From contig JANRKS010000040.1 of assembly GCA_033763315.1 (NCBI GenBank), positions 224,001-288,000 of the forward strand: DNA of 64,000 nt, written 5' to 3'. Shown here one piece after another: positions 18,744 through 29,300 of this stretch (the stretch's first letter is position 1; each line of letters begins with the position of its first letter). The translations under genes and the position numbers were made by a program. Source of the stretch: Deltaproteobacteria bacterium. Lineage in GTDB: Bacteria; Myxococcota_A; Polyangia; Fen-1088. The notes under the pieces were generated by a model. That model ran no database searches. It worked only from the letters and a program-made list of their open reading frames with translations, and was not told the origin of the DNA.

Positions 18744-19462
18744 GCTTTCCCCGTGTTCTCCAAATGGCGCCCCACCATGAATGCTTCGGCCGCCTCCATG
18801 CCCACAGAAGCGCCCCGCCATAGGGCAAGATGGGTCACGGCTTCAATCGATCGCGCGTGTGGCCAGGCACGCATCTCGCTGCTGTAGCACCGTAAGGCCT
18901 CTTGCTTGCGTGGCAAGGTGGCGCCAACGTCCACAAACCACGTGGGCACAAATGGTGCGCTCGCAGGATTCCATTCGGTGCTCGACGGCACTTCAAAGAA
19001 CAGCAAGGTTTGCACAAAGAAGCCCGGCTGCGGGCGGCAAGCCGTCACCACTGCGTTGTGCACGCACGCGTGATCCACATTGAGATCCGATCGATTGTGC
19101 GTGTAAACCACCGCGGGCCGGTGCGTGGCTAAAAATGCTTCCACCACTTTAACAACGTCGAGAAGCGCCACAGTGTCCATGCGGTTGTCGGGAAAGTCGT
19201 GCAACACCAACGATGACGTTCCCAACACAGCATGCGCGGCTTCGGCCGCCTGCCGCAGTTGAGAAAGGCCGCTTTTGTGCGCCCCCACGTCGCGCGTGGG
19301 ATCTCGGCTCGTCAGCCCTTCCGCCAAAATGAGCACCGCCACGGTATCGCCCTCGGCAACGTGGCGAGCGATCACGCCGCCGCACCCCAACACTTCGTCA
19401 TCGGGGTGTGCCGCGATCACAGCCACGCGGCGAGGGCCTTTGTTGTTGACGATGGAGCTCAT
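18740..19462 (-). CDS. PIG-L/LmbE-family N-deacetylase
   Basis: AAHPDDEVLGCGG, DLNVDH, FEVPSSTEW, HARS. Confidence 0.88.
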   Translation of the reverse strand: MSSIVNNKGPRRVAVIAAHPDDEVLGCGGVIARHVAEGDTVAVLILAEGLTSRDPTRDVGAHKSGLSQLRQAAEAAHAVLGTSSLVLHDFPDNRMDTVALLDVVKVVEAFLATHRPAVVYTHNRSDLNVDHACVHNAVVTACRPQPGFFVQTLLFFEVPSSTEWNPASAPFVPTWFVDVGATLPRKQEALRCYSSEMRAWPHARSIEAVTHLALWRGASVGMEAAEAFMVGRHLENTGKA

Positions 19463-19482
19463 GAAAATCTGTGCCTTTGCCT

Positions 19483-20172
19483 TCAAGAGCCTTTGGGTTT
19501 GGGCACCACGCGCACCTGTGCCGTCAGCGATTCGCCCTGCAGGCTGGCATGGCTGAACTCGAACCTCAAGAATTCCGTTTCGATGAACGCCGCTGGATAC
19601 CCCGGGGCGTCCAACATGCGTATGAAGTCGTACGCGGCGTCAATCGATGTGACTTGCGCCATTTCACTTTCGTGCGGCCTGCGCCGGGCGAACGCCACGG
19701 CCTCTCCGGTTTGCGGCATCGGTGTTGGCCTCGTCGCCACAATTTCCGCAATCATGTCCTCGATGAGATGGGTGCCGCGGATGTAGATCTCTTCCGCGCG
19801 CCCCGCAAGCGAAAGCGGCCGCTTGAGGTAGACAGGCCCTGTATCGAGCCCCGCCTCACAGCGCAGCGCCGTCATCTGAGTGTCCTGCACGCCACGCACC
19901 AACAGGTTCTGCAGGGGGCTGCCGCCGCGGCCAAACGGCACGTCGGTCATGTGGAAGATCACGCACGTAAACGTGTCAAACACGCTGGCGGGGATCCGAT
20001 GAGACCAGTGCGGAAAGAACACCCAGTCGGGCGCGAACGCCTTCAGCGCCTCCGCGGTGAGCTGTTCGGGAGCGGTGATGTGCCTTGTGACGGCGCCGCA
20101 CCTGGCAGCCACGCGCTCGGCAAGGCCGGGCACCCAATCCCTCGAAGTGGCGATGACGATCCGTGGCTTCAT
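19483..20172 (-). CDS. Sugar N-formyltransferase (Fmt-like)
   Basis: FPHWS, IFHMTDVPFGRGGSPLQN, LDTGPVY, IRMLDAPGYP. Confidence 0.85.
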   Translation of the reverse strand: MKPRIVIATSRDWVPGLAERVAARCGAVTRHITAPEQLTAEALKAFAPDWVFFPHWSHRIPASVFDTFTCVIFHMTDVPFGRGGSPLQNLLVRGVQDTQMTALRCEAGLDTGPVYLKRPLSLAGRAEEIYIRGTHLIEDMIAEIVATRPTPMPQTGEAVAFARRRPHESEMAQVTSIDAAYDFIRMLDAPGYPAAFIETEFLRFEFSHASLQGESLTAQVRVVPKPKGS

Positions 20173-21902
20173 GACGACCGCCGGTCCTTCTCAATACGCA
20201 ACACGTACCGCACACCGTGGTGATCGAAGAACGCAGGATAGGCGTCGTTGTCCACCACCCGCAGCAAGTTGAATTGTTCAGCCAACGTGAGCGCAGGATC
20301 GAGGCGGCTGTCTTCGGCGCGCCTTCGGGGATAGGTGCTTGGGGTGCCCCTTTGCTCGCACGCCGTTTGTACAGCCTCGGGGTAATTCTGCACCCACCAC
20401 TGGCACAGGCGCAACGTAGCCTCGGCTTGCAAGGCGCGCAACTCATCGACCAGCTCATGACCTTGCAGCTGCATTTGGGTCTGCGCATAGATCGGCCCGC
20501 TGTCCACGCTGAGCTGTGCCTCGAACAAAGTTACGGGTATGCAAGCCTTGCCCTCAAGAACTTGCCACGTCATCGGTGACCAGCCACGGCCGCGTGGCAG
20601 ATCACTTTCATGCACCACCACATTGTGCACGTTTCGCGCAAGAATCGCCGCGCCAGCCAGCTGGCCGCAACTCAAGAACAGCGCACAATCGCCCATCCCC
20701 AGCGCGTTGACTTGATGCACCCACGTCACCTCGTGGCCAGCCGCCTTCCACCCATCAAGCAAAGGTGGCAGAAAGCGGTTAAGCCAGCTGTGCTCATCGG
20801 AAACAACGTTTAAGCGGAGGCGACGATCAAGCGCCGCCGCCGCGCGCGCGGCGCCCTGCCCGTCGACCAGACGCTGGCCTCGTTGCGACAGGCGCGCAAG
20901 CAACGAGGGCCGCGCCAGCATTCGCGCGATGGCCGAGGCCACAGCGTCAATGGTCAGAGCCTCCGCGTTCCCCAAAAACCACGCAAACCGTTCGGCACCC
21001 GCGCCCTTGCCAATCTCTATCTGGTTGTGGGCGATCGCAATCAGGATCGCAGGCAGCCCCAAACAGCACCGTTCCCACGTGGAGATGCCTGGGGCGCCAA
21101 TCATAAGATCCGCTGCCTGCATCAACGCCGCCATCTGGTCCGTCTGCACGTGAAGTTGCGCACGGGGCAAAGCCGCGCACAAGCGCGCCACCTCTTCCGC
21201 CTGCGGGTGGCTCTTGCCGATCACCACATCGATGTGAAGGTTCTCGCTCGCCACACGCTGCAGGGCCTGCAGCACCAAGCCAGTGACGTTGTGTGGATCG
21301 CCCCCGCCCAGGCTCACCAGCAAGCGACGCGCACTTACGGCTGGGTGTGGCCACAGGCGCGGCTTTTGGCGCCGCAGCTCGAGAAACGCGGGCCGCAACA
21401 GTGCAAAACGTGGCCCCAGCAACAGCCGACAATTCGTGGGCACAAGGCCCTCGTAACGGCGGGGTTGCAACTGCAAATTGGCGTCCAGCAGAACATCGGC
21501 GTCGTGAGGGCGATCGGCCAAATCGTCGATCACAGCCACTTGCTGCGCAAAGGCACGCAGGTTCCGCTCAGCACGCGCGTCGAGCGCGTAGTGATCCACC
21601 ACCGCCCAATCCCAGCTTGACAAGGACCCAAGCGCAGCGTTGACCTGTTGCACTTCTTCGTCGAGGCTCGCGCCTAACCAGCGTGCGTGTCGTGGCCCCG
21701 CCGCCGTCGGATTGCCCAAAGGCAAAGCAATCACTTCAAACCCTTGCGCCTTCACATGCTCGGAAAAGTGCCCAGGATGCAGCCGCGACAGAAACACAAC
21801 TTGGGCACCGCGTGCCCGCAAAGCGGCTGCCAGCGCCAAGCAGCGCATGACGTGGCCAGAGCCAATCTCGGTCGAGGCGTCAGCCCTGACCAAAACCCTC
21901 AT
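20169..21902 (-). CDS. pseG: PseG UDP-sugar hydrolase fused to a C-terminal formyltransferase domain
   Basis: RADASTEIGSGHVMRCLAL, VVDHY, GISTWERCCLG. C-terminal HESDLPRGRGWSP...VDSGPIY. ATGA overlap with pseC. Confidence 0.88.
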   Translation of the reverse strand: MRVLVRADASTEIGSGHVMRCLALAAALRARGAQVVFLSRLHPGHFSEHVKAQGFEVIALPLGNPTAAGPRHARWLGASLDEEVQQVNAALGSLSSWDWAVVDHYALDARAERNLRAFAQQVAVIDDLADRPHDADVLLDANLQLQPRRYEGLVPTNCRLLLGPRFALLRPAFLELRRQKPRLWPHPAVSARRLLVSLGGGDPHNVTGLVLQALQRVASENLHIDVVIGKSHPQAEEVARLCAALPRAQLHVQTDQMAALMQAADLMIGAPGISTWERCCLGLPAILIAIAHNQIEIGKGAGAERFAWFLGNAEALTIDAVASAIARMLARPSLLARLSQRGQRLVDGQGAARAAAALDRRLRLNVVSDEHSWLNRFLPPLLDGWKAAGHEVTWVHQVNALGMGDCALFLSCGQLAGAAILARNVHNVVVHESDLPRGRGWSPMTWQVLEGKACIPVTLFEAQLSVDSGPIYAQTQMQLQGHELVDELRALQAEATLRLCQWWVQNYPEAVQTACEQRGTPSTYPRRRAEDSRLDPALTLAEQFNLLRVVDNDAYPAFFDHHGVRYVLRIEKDRRSS

Positions 21903-23059
21903 GCGCCGCTTTCCTTGATCGCCTCTTTTAAGGCTGCGATGCACACGTCTTGCTCGGCAAAAGACAACGACGCATAAAGCGGCATAGATATCGCCTCGGC
22001 ATAGTAGCGTTCCGCTTCAGGAAACATGCCGTCACGGAAGCCCAACGCCATAAAGTCAGGCTGCGTATGCACGGGGATGTAGTGCACATTCACGCCGATG
22101 TCAGCCGCGCGCAATGACTCGAAGATCTCTCGCCGCTGTGCCGCCGGCACGCGCACCACGAACAGATGCCACGAAGGGTCGGCATCGGAATGAACACCCT
22201 GCACGTGCACAAGGGTGTGTGCCAGGGCGGCGCGATAGCGTTCCACCAACACGCGGCGGCGGGTCACGAATGTTTGCAGCCGGTGCATTTGGCTTGCGCC
22301 CAACGCCGCCTGGATGTCGGTCATGCGGTAGTTGAAGCCAAGCTCAACCTGCTGGTAATACCAAGGGCCATGCGACTCCCCCTGCATCAGCGCACGCTCG
22401 CGCGTGATGCCATGGGTTCGCAGCCGCAATAGGCGTTCGAACAACGCTTGGCTCTTCGTGACCACCACGCCGCCTTCGCCCGTGGTCACGATCTTGACCG
22501 GATGAAAGCTGAAGATGGTGGCATCGGAGTGATTGCAGTTGCCTACGGGTGCGCCCTTGTAACTCGCGCCAATGGCATGCGAAGCGTCTTCCAGCAAGCG
22601 AAAGCCGTAACGGTCTGCCAATGCGGCAAACTCGGCCATCGGGCAGGACTGCCCCGCGAAGTGCACGGGGATCACAAGCTTTGGCATCAGCCCGCCGCTG
22701 CGCTGCGTGCGTTCGAGCTTGTCCGCCAAGGCGGCCACGCTCATATTCAAGGTTGCTGGATCAATATCCACGAAGTCCACACGTGCGCCGCAGTAGCGCG
22801 CGCAGTTGGCGCTCGCCACAAACGTATTGGGCGACGTCCACACCATATCCCCTGGCCCCACGTCCATCGCCAAACAAGCCAAATGCAAGGCCGCGGTGGC
22901 AGAGCTCACGGCCACGGCGAAAGGCACCGCGGCGGCCTGCGCCACAGCCGTCTCAAAACGCGCGATCGCTGGACCCTGCGTAAGCCAATCCGAACGCAAC
23001 ACCGCCTCCACGGCTTCAATGTCGTCGTCATCAATGGACTGGCGTCCGTACGGGATCAT
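21899..23059 (-). CDS. pseC: UDP-4-amino-4,6-dideoxy-AltNAc transaminase
   Basis: MIPYGRQSI, SDWLTQGP, SFHPVK, GFNYRMTDIQAALG. Confidence 0.92.
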   Translation of the reverse strand: MIPYGRQSIDDDDIEAVEAVLRSDWLTQGPAIARFETAVAQAAAVPFAVAVSSATAALHLACLAMDVGPGDMVWTSPNTFVASANCARYCGARVDFVDIDPATLNMSVAALADKLERTQRSGGLMPKLVIPVHFAGQSCPMAEFAALADRYGFRLLEDASHAIGASYKGAPVGNCNHSDATIFSFHPVKIVTTGEGGVVVTKSQALFERLLRLRTHGITRERALMQGESHGPWYYQQVELGFNYRMTDIQAALGASQMHRLQTFVTRRRVLVERYRAALAHTLVHVQGVHSDADPSWHLFVVRVPAAQRREIFESLRAADIGVNVHYIPVHTQPDFMALGFRDGMFPEAERYYAEAISMPLYASLSFAEQDVCIAALKEAIKESGA

Positions 23060-24054
23060 AGGGCGGATCCGTTAAACTCTTTCAGCTCAGCGGTGGTCAA
23101 GAAGTGCGGGTTCGTATCGGAGGCATATTTGAAGCCTTCGTCCACGGGCTTGCCACTTTCACCTAGGGCATTGGTGGAAAACTCCGTGACGTTTGCCAGC
23201 TGCAGCGTGGGAGCGATGACGAAGTGATCTGCAAACTCATACGTGTGTGTGCTGTCGTCGCGGGAGATCATCGTCTCATGCAGCTTTTCACCGGGACGAA
23301 TGCCGATCACACGGTGAGGCATCCCAGGAGCGATTGCCTCCACCAAATCCAAGATGCGCACGGAAGGAATTTTCGGCACGAAGATCTCGCCGCGCCGCAT
23401 GCGTTGAAAATTCTTTAGAACGAAATCTACGCCGACCTGCAGCTTCAGCCAAAAGCGGGTCATGCGTGGATCAGTCACCGGCAGGACTGTGGCGCCTTCG
23501 GCAACCAAGCGCTTGAAGAACGGCACCACCGACCCGCGCGAGCCCACGACGTTGCCATACCGAACCACGGCAAAACGCGTGCGGTGCGTGCCAACGATGT
23601 TGTTGGCCGCCACAAACAACTTATCGGAAAGCAGCTTGGTGGCCCCGTAAAGGTTGATAGGGCTTGAGGCTTTGTCGGTGGATAGGGCGATCACCTTCTC
23701 AACACCGTTTTCGATGGCCGCGGCGATCACGTTTTCAGCACCCGAAACGTTGGTACGAATAAACTCGGTGGGATTGTATTCAGCCGCCGGCACTTGTTTG
23801 AGCGCGGCCGCGTGAACCACAAAATCGACGTCGCGCATGGCTTGGCGCAAGCGGGCGGCGTCGCGAACGTCACCCAAGAAGTAACGCATACAAGGTGCAT
23901 TGAACTCCTGCGACATATCGAACTGTTTCAGCTCGTCGCGCGAGAACACCACCACGCGCCGGGGCTTGTAGCGTTGCAAAATGGTGCGAATGAATTTTTG
24001 ACCAAAGGATCCCGTGCCACCCGTGATCAAGATCGACTTCTCGTTAAGCATCAC
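23056..24054 (-). CDS. pseB: UDP-GlcNAc 4,6-dehydratase (inverting)
   Basis: ITGGTGSFG, SRDELKQ, AALKQVPAAEYNP, STDKA, YGATK, GIRPGEKLHE. Confidence 0.95.
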   Translation of the reverse strand: MMLNEKSILITGGTGSFGQKFIRTILQRYKPRRVVVFSRDELKQFDMSQEFNAPCMRYFLGDVRDAARLRQAMRDVDFVVHAAALKQVPAAEYNPTEFIRTNVSGAENVIAAAIENGVEKVIALSTDKASSPINLYGATKLLSDKLFVAANNIVGTHRTRFAVVRYGNVVGSRGSVVPFFKRLVAEGATVLPVTDPRMTRFWLKLQVGVDFVLKNFQRMRRGEIFVPKIPSVRILDLVEAIAPGMPHRVIGIRPGEKLHETMISRDDSTHTYEFADHFVIAPTLQLANVTEFSTNALGESGKPVDEGFKYASDTNPHFLTTAELKEFNGSAL

Positions 24055-24095
24055 ATCCCTACCTGTTGGTCAGTCTCGGCAACCCCGCCGCCCGT

Positions 24096-25223
24096 TCAAA
24101 CCTGGAAATCGCCTTCCAAATAGAAAACTGAATTAAACGTCTTCGCAAACAGCCGGTACCCCTGCGCTCGCATGAAGCCGTGCACGGTTGAACCCAACAC
24201 GGCTGCGACATCCGACTGCAAACACTCCACCACCACACACTGCGGGCGAAAGCGTTCCCAATCGTTTGATTCAAGTACCTTCAGGTCCAAGCCTTCCACG
24301 TCCACCGACATGAAGTGGATGGGCGCCCCAGGTACCAAGCACTGATCCAGGAGATCGGCCAGCGGCACCACATCCAGCTCGCGTGTTTGCACAACGTGGT
24401 ACGCCCCACTCTCGCGGCTACGGGTCAGCTCTTCATCGAACGAATTCAATGCGGGATCATTGAACATGTAATACGTGAGCTTGCCGTAGACGTTCGAAAC
24501 ACCGCAGGCAACGTTCACGTCCCCGGGCCGCACGGCAGCGAACGCCGCCATAAGTTCGGGGTTTGGCTCAATGTTTACGCCCCGCCAGCCTTGCAGATAG
24601 AACCGGTGCGTGTTCGAGAAGCGCAAGGGGTGATGCGCGCCCACGTCCACGTAAAGCCCCAACTTCTGCCGGTCGAATAGGCGCGCCAGAACAAGGTCCT
24701 CGCCCTCCTGGCTGTAAGACACGTTCATAAACTCTGTGTGGGGATGGCTCGTCACCGCGTGAGTTGGAACAGCTAAACGGGGACCACTGTAGATCAGAGG
24801 CTTATCGAGTAGGCCCAGACGTGACACGGCTTGCTCCGGTTGAGCCGCCAAAGCCGCCATCAGGCCCACCACCTGCACATCGAACGGATGACGACGCAAG
24901 AACGTTTGCACCACGTCTGACGCCCGTTCGGGTGCCCCCGCGTTCATGAAACACAACGCCAACAACGCCACGCTTACAGCGTTGTCAGGCTCCAGCTCTA
25001 GGGCCCGCGCCAGCGCAGCGGCCGCGGTATCAAAGTCAGGCGACCGAAGGATGGGTAGTTTACCGCCGGCCGCACGACACAACGACCACGCCAGACCGTG
25101 GTAGGCATGCACGTCGCGCTCGTTTTCTTTGCACGCCTGCAAGAACCGTTCGGCGGCTTTGGCATAGTCGTGCCGGGCCAGTAAGGCGCGCGCCTCAACC
25201 AGCGTGGGGGTTCGTGCAAGCAT
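24096..25223 (-). CDS. TPR + FkbM-family methyltransferase
   Basis: TPR-like N-terminus (RDVHAYHGL, ALELEPDN). SYSQEGEDL, VDVGAHHP, SVDVEGLDL. Confidence 0.85.
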   Translation of the reverse strand: MLARTPTLVEARALLARHDYAKAAERFLQACKENERDVHAYHGLAWSLCRAAGGKLPILRSPDFDTAAAALARALELEPDNAVSVALLALCFMNAGAPERASDVVQTFLRRHPFDVQVVGLMAALAAQPEQAVSRLGLLDKPLIYSGPRLAVPTHAVTSHPHTEFMNVSYSQEGEDLVLARLFDRQKLGLYVDVGAHHPLRFSNTHRFYLQGWRGVNIEPNPELMAAFAAVRPGDVNVACGVSNVYGKLTYYMFNDPALNSFDEELTRSRESGAYHVVQTRELDVVPLADLLDQCLVPGAPIHFMSVDVEGLDLKVLESNDWERFRPQCVVVECLQSDVAAVLGSTVHGFMRAQGYRLFAKTFNSVFYLEGDFQV

Positions 25224-25340
25224 GTCGCCTGTTTACAGTGCGGGATCGGCCGTTACGCTGTCAAAAAATACGCCATGGCACCGCAAGCCACATCACGCAA
25301 TCCACGCCCAAAAGCGTCCATGGTATGACTTTGCCCCACC

Positions 25341-26255
25341 GTGAAGTCGAAACCAAAGACCATCACCGCCCCGGGCGCCGACTATTCCATTCGTGTTCTG
25401 GGCGCGCACAACTCCGCACTCCGCGATTTTTACCATGCCTTGCTGTTGTGGCGTTGGCCCACAACTGTGGTGGCGATCGCCGCCATGTTCATGCTGGCAA
25501 ACACGGTGTTCGCGTTTGCTTACATGCTGACCGACGGCGTGGCCAACGTTCACCCCGGTTCCTTTTTGGACTGCTTCTTCTTCAGCGTGCAGACGATGGG
25601 CACGATTGGTTACGGCTATATGTATCCGGCCACAACGACCGCCGAAGTGGTGGTGGTGGCGGAAACCATCACCAGCGTGACGCTCACAGCCTTGGCCACG
25701 GGCCTCGTGTTCGCAAAGTTCTCGCGCGCCAGCGCTCGTGTGTTGTTCAGCGATACGGTCACCATCAGCCCGATGAATGGCGTGCCCACGCTGCGTTTGC
25801 GCCTGGGCAACCAGCGTAACAACCAGATCATTGACGCCCGGGTGAAGGTGCAGCTGCTGCGCACGGAGAAGCTTAAGGAAGGTGGAGTGTTCTACCGCAT
25901 GGTGGACGTGAACCTCGTCCGTGAAAACATCCTCTCGCTGTCACGATCGTGGACCGCTTTGCACGTGATCGATGAATCAAGCCCGTTGTGGCAGGCTACC
26001 CCAGAGTCATTGGCCTCCGATGAAGCCGAGCTGCACGTGTTGTTGATGGGACTCGACGACACAACGTTGCAGCCCGTCCACGCTCTGCATCGGTATTTTT
26101 CGCAGCAGATCTTGTGGGGTCGGCAACACGTGGACATCCTCACGGAACGCGACAGCGGCGTGCTGGAGCTCGATCTGCGCCGCTTCCACGAACACGCGCC
26201 CACCGAGCCCACGCCCTCGTTTCCTTATCCAAAAACCGTATCAACAAAGCCTTAA
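25341..26255 (+). CDS. Inward-rectifier potassium channel (KirBac-like)
   Basis: FFFSVQTMGTIGYG selectivity filter, two TM helices, cytoplasmic Kir domain (WTALHVIDESSPL). Confidence 0.92.
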   Translation: MKSKPKTITAPGADYSIRVLGAHNSALRDFYHALLLWRWPTTVVAIAAMFMLANTVFAFAYMLTDGVANVHPGSFLDCFFFSVQTMGTIGYGYMYPATTTAEVVVVAETITSVTLTALATGLVFAKFSRASARVLFSDTVTISPMNGVPTLRLRLGNQRNNQIIDARVKVQLLRTEKLKEGGVFYRMVDVNLVRENILSLSRSWTALHVIDESSPLWQATPESLASDEAELHVLLMGLDDTTLQPVHALHRYFSQQILWGRQHVDILTERDSGVLELDLRRFHEHAPTEPTPSFPYPKTVSTKP

Positions 26256-26385
26256 CGTTTGTCCGCGTGGCCACGTTCCCTCGGCCACCCAAGTGTGTAT
26301 TTTCACGACCTGTGCGCTTTGTAACTGTGAAACCGCCATTGGCTGCGCTAGCTTGGACACTCTTATAAAAAAGGAAGAGTGACGT

Positions 26386-29300
26386 ATGCGTGGCTTTCGG
26401 TGTGTGGTGGTTTTTGCGGTGTTGGTGGGGACGGCCGCATGTACGGTCAAGGCAACGCCCACGGGCACACCAGGTCCTGTGGACGGTGGCCAGGTCGTAG
26501 AGGCCGGTGTTCCTGGTCGACCCGATCCGGTCGCGTGCGATCCGTCCGCCGTCCTCAAGGACGTGGCCGAATCATGCACGTGCAACGCAGAGTGCGGCAC
26601 CGGCCGTTGTGTGGATGGCGTGTGCTGCGCCAGCGCTTGCGACGGCCTGTGTGAGGCCTGCAATGTGCCCGGAAAAGTGGGGGCCTGCGCTCCCATCCCC
26701 GCCGGCCTGCCGCCCGTGGTGGCCGGTCAATGCAAAGTCGACGACGTCAGCACGTGCGGCTTTGATGGCACCTGCAATGGGAACCGCGGTTGCAGAAAAT
26801 ATCCCGAAGGCACCGCCTGTAAAAAAGGGATATGTGATGGAGCCACTGTAAAAGGCGAAAAGGTGTGCCGGCTTGGCCAATGCACTGTGGGCCCCGACAC
26901 CGTGTGCAGCCCCTTCGGTTGTGATCCTGCAAAATCGGCCTGCTTTGAGACGTGCACCGACGATGGGCAGTGCTCGGCTTCGCAAAAGTGTGCAAGCGGC
27001 AGTTGTGGCCTACGAAACATCGGCGCCAAGTGCGGTGGCAACACGGAGTGCGAATCAGGATTTTGCGCCGATGGCGTTTGCTGCAACACCGCGTGTGATG
27101 ACGCGTGCGTTACCTGCAACCAATTGTTGACCAAGGGCGAGTGCCGGCCGGTGATGGCCGAGCAACCCGATCCGCACAATGTCTGCAAAGACGAAGGCGC
27201 TGCCACATGCGGACAAAGCGGAAGCTGCGATGGTCAGGGTGGTTGCGCCAAATATAGCGCCTCCACACCTTGCCGCGCGGCACGCTGCGAAGGTGCAAAC
27301 GCGATTCCCGCCAGCACCTGTGATGGCAAAGGTTCCTGCCTGGCCGCCAGCCAAGTGGCTTGCGCCCCTTTCGCGTGTTCGGGCAACGCTTGCAAAACCA
27401 CGTGCAACGACGACACCGACTGTTCGGGCGCCGTCTGCATCAACAACAGCTGCGGGCTGCGTGGCAAGGGACAGAACTGCACGGCCGCTTCCCAGTGCGC
27501 TTCAGGTTTTTGTTCCGACGGCGTTTGCTGTGACAGTGCATGCACAGGGCAATGCAAGTATTGCGCTTCAGCGCAAGCGCGCGGCAGCTGCGTCAACGTG
27601 GCAGCCGACACCGCTGATCCGCGCGCCGCTGGCGCCAACCCATCAGCCGAGGCCTGCGTGGCTTCCGACCCGCGCACCTGTGGTCGAAATGGCATGTGCA
27701 ACGGCAATGGCGCCTGCCAGTTGTGGAACAAGAACACGATGTGCGAAGACCAGAGCTGCTCGGCCGCACAAAACACCTATTACGCGGCCAAAATGTGTGA
27801 CGGCGCAGGGTCGTGCAAACCTCAAGACAACGGCTCGCGCACCTGTTTTCCGAATAAGTGCAACGGCTCAGCGTGTGGCATTGCGTGTGGTTCATCAAAC
27901 GATTGCGTGGCGCCTAACGAATGCGTCAATGGGCGGTGTGGCCCCAAAGCGATCGGCGCCGTGTGTAGCGCCGACAACCAATGTGACAGCGGCTTTTGCC
28001 GCCAAGGCGTTTGCTGCCAAACCGACTGCAAAAGCAGTTGCTATTCATGTGCGCTGGCCAGCACCCGCGGCGTATGTTCGGCCGTACCCGCGGGCGAGCA
28101 GGATCCTGCGAAGGTGTGCACGGCCGATGGCGTGGCCAGCTGTGATCGCGATGGCATGTGCAACGGCTCGGGAGGGTGTCGCCTCTACGCCGCAGGGCAA
28201 GTGTGCGCGGGGGCCACGTGCGTGAACGGCACCGCGACCGGCGTTTCTAAGTGCGACGGCAAAGGCGAATGCCAAAAAGGCGCCGTGCGTGCGTGCGATG
28301 CCTATAAGTGCAATTCCGATGGCACCGCTTGCTTTGAATCCTGCACAGACAACAGCCAATGCGTCAGCCCGCGGGTGTGCGTGGGCACTTCGTGTGGCGC
28401 CAAACCAAACGGCGCCGAATGTCCGAATGGCGCGTCTGAATGCCAATCCGGGATATGCGTGCAGGGGGTGTGTTGCAACGAAGCTTGTGATGGTGTCTGC
28501 AAAACCTGCAAAGGCACAAAAGCGGGCACTTGCAGCAACGTGGCTCAAGGCGCAGCCGATCCCGCAGGCAGGTGTGCCCCTGCGGCGGGCGCGGCCGTGT
28601 GTGGCAACGATGGCACATGCAACGGCAACGGAGCCTGTGCGAAGGCGCCCAACACAGTTGTGTGCCGCAACCAAACCTGCCCCGCCGATTCAAACACCTT
28701 CACCCGATCGGCCAGATGTGACGGCGCCGGGAATTGCCCTGCACCCGCCACCGTGGATTGCGGCTCGATCAAATGCGACGCCACATCAAACGCATGCCTC
28801 ACGGGCTGCCAAAACGACGGCCAATGCGTCTCTGGAAACATCTGTGACGCGGCCACGATGTCGTGCGGAGGGCTCAAACCCAACGGCGCGGATTGCACGG
28901 CAAACCGCCAATGCGCGTCTGCGAAATGTGTAGAGGGCGTGTGTTGCGGCGGCTTGGCCGCGGACCAAAACGCTTGCCCCGCCTGTCAAAGTTGCAAGAT
29001 CGAAGGGCAAAAAGGCACCTGCCGAAGCGCGCCTGCGGGCGCGGCAAACGCGGGCGCGTGCCCCGCAGGCACGGGATTTTGTGGCGCGCAAACGTGCAAC
29101 GGGGCGGGCGCCTGCGTGCAGGCTAACCCGGCCGGCACGAGCTGCGGCGCACAAACGTGCGTTGACGGCAACAAGGTACAAAGCCAAACGTGTAACGCCA
29201 GCGGCATGTGCGTGAACGGTCAGCTCACCACGTGCGAACAGGGCTACCGCTGCGCCGACGGCAAGTGCAAGACCTCTTGCACCGTTGCCACTGCCAGCAC

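Noticed and set aside
17766-18887. 373-aa ORF opposite pseI, and many similar long antisense ORFs
   Set aside because: Expected in high-GC DNA. They fully overlap well-supported genes.
25259-25277. TGTCAAAAAATACGCCA as a fifth enhancer box or sigma54 promoter
   Set aside because: Only a half-site. On the minus strand the -12 reads TTGA rather than TTGC.
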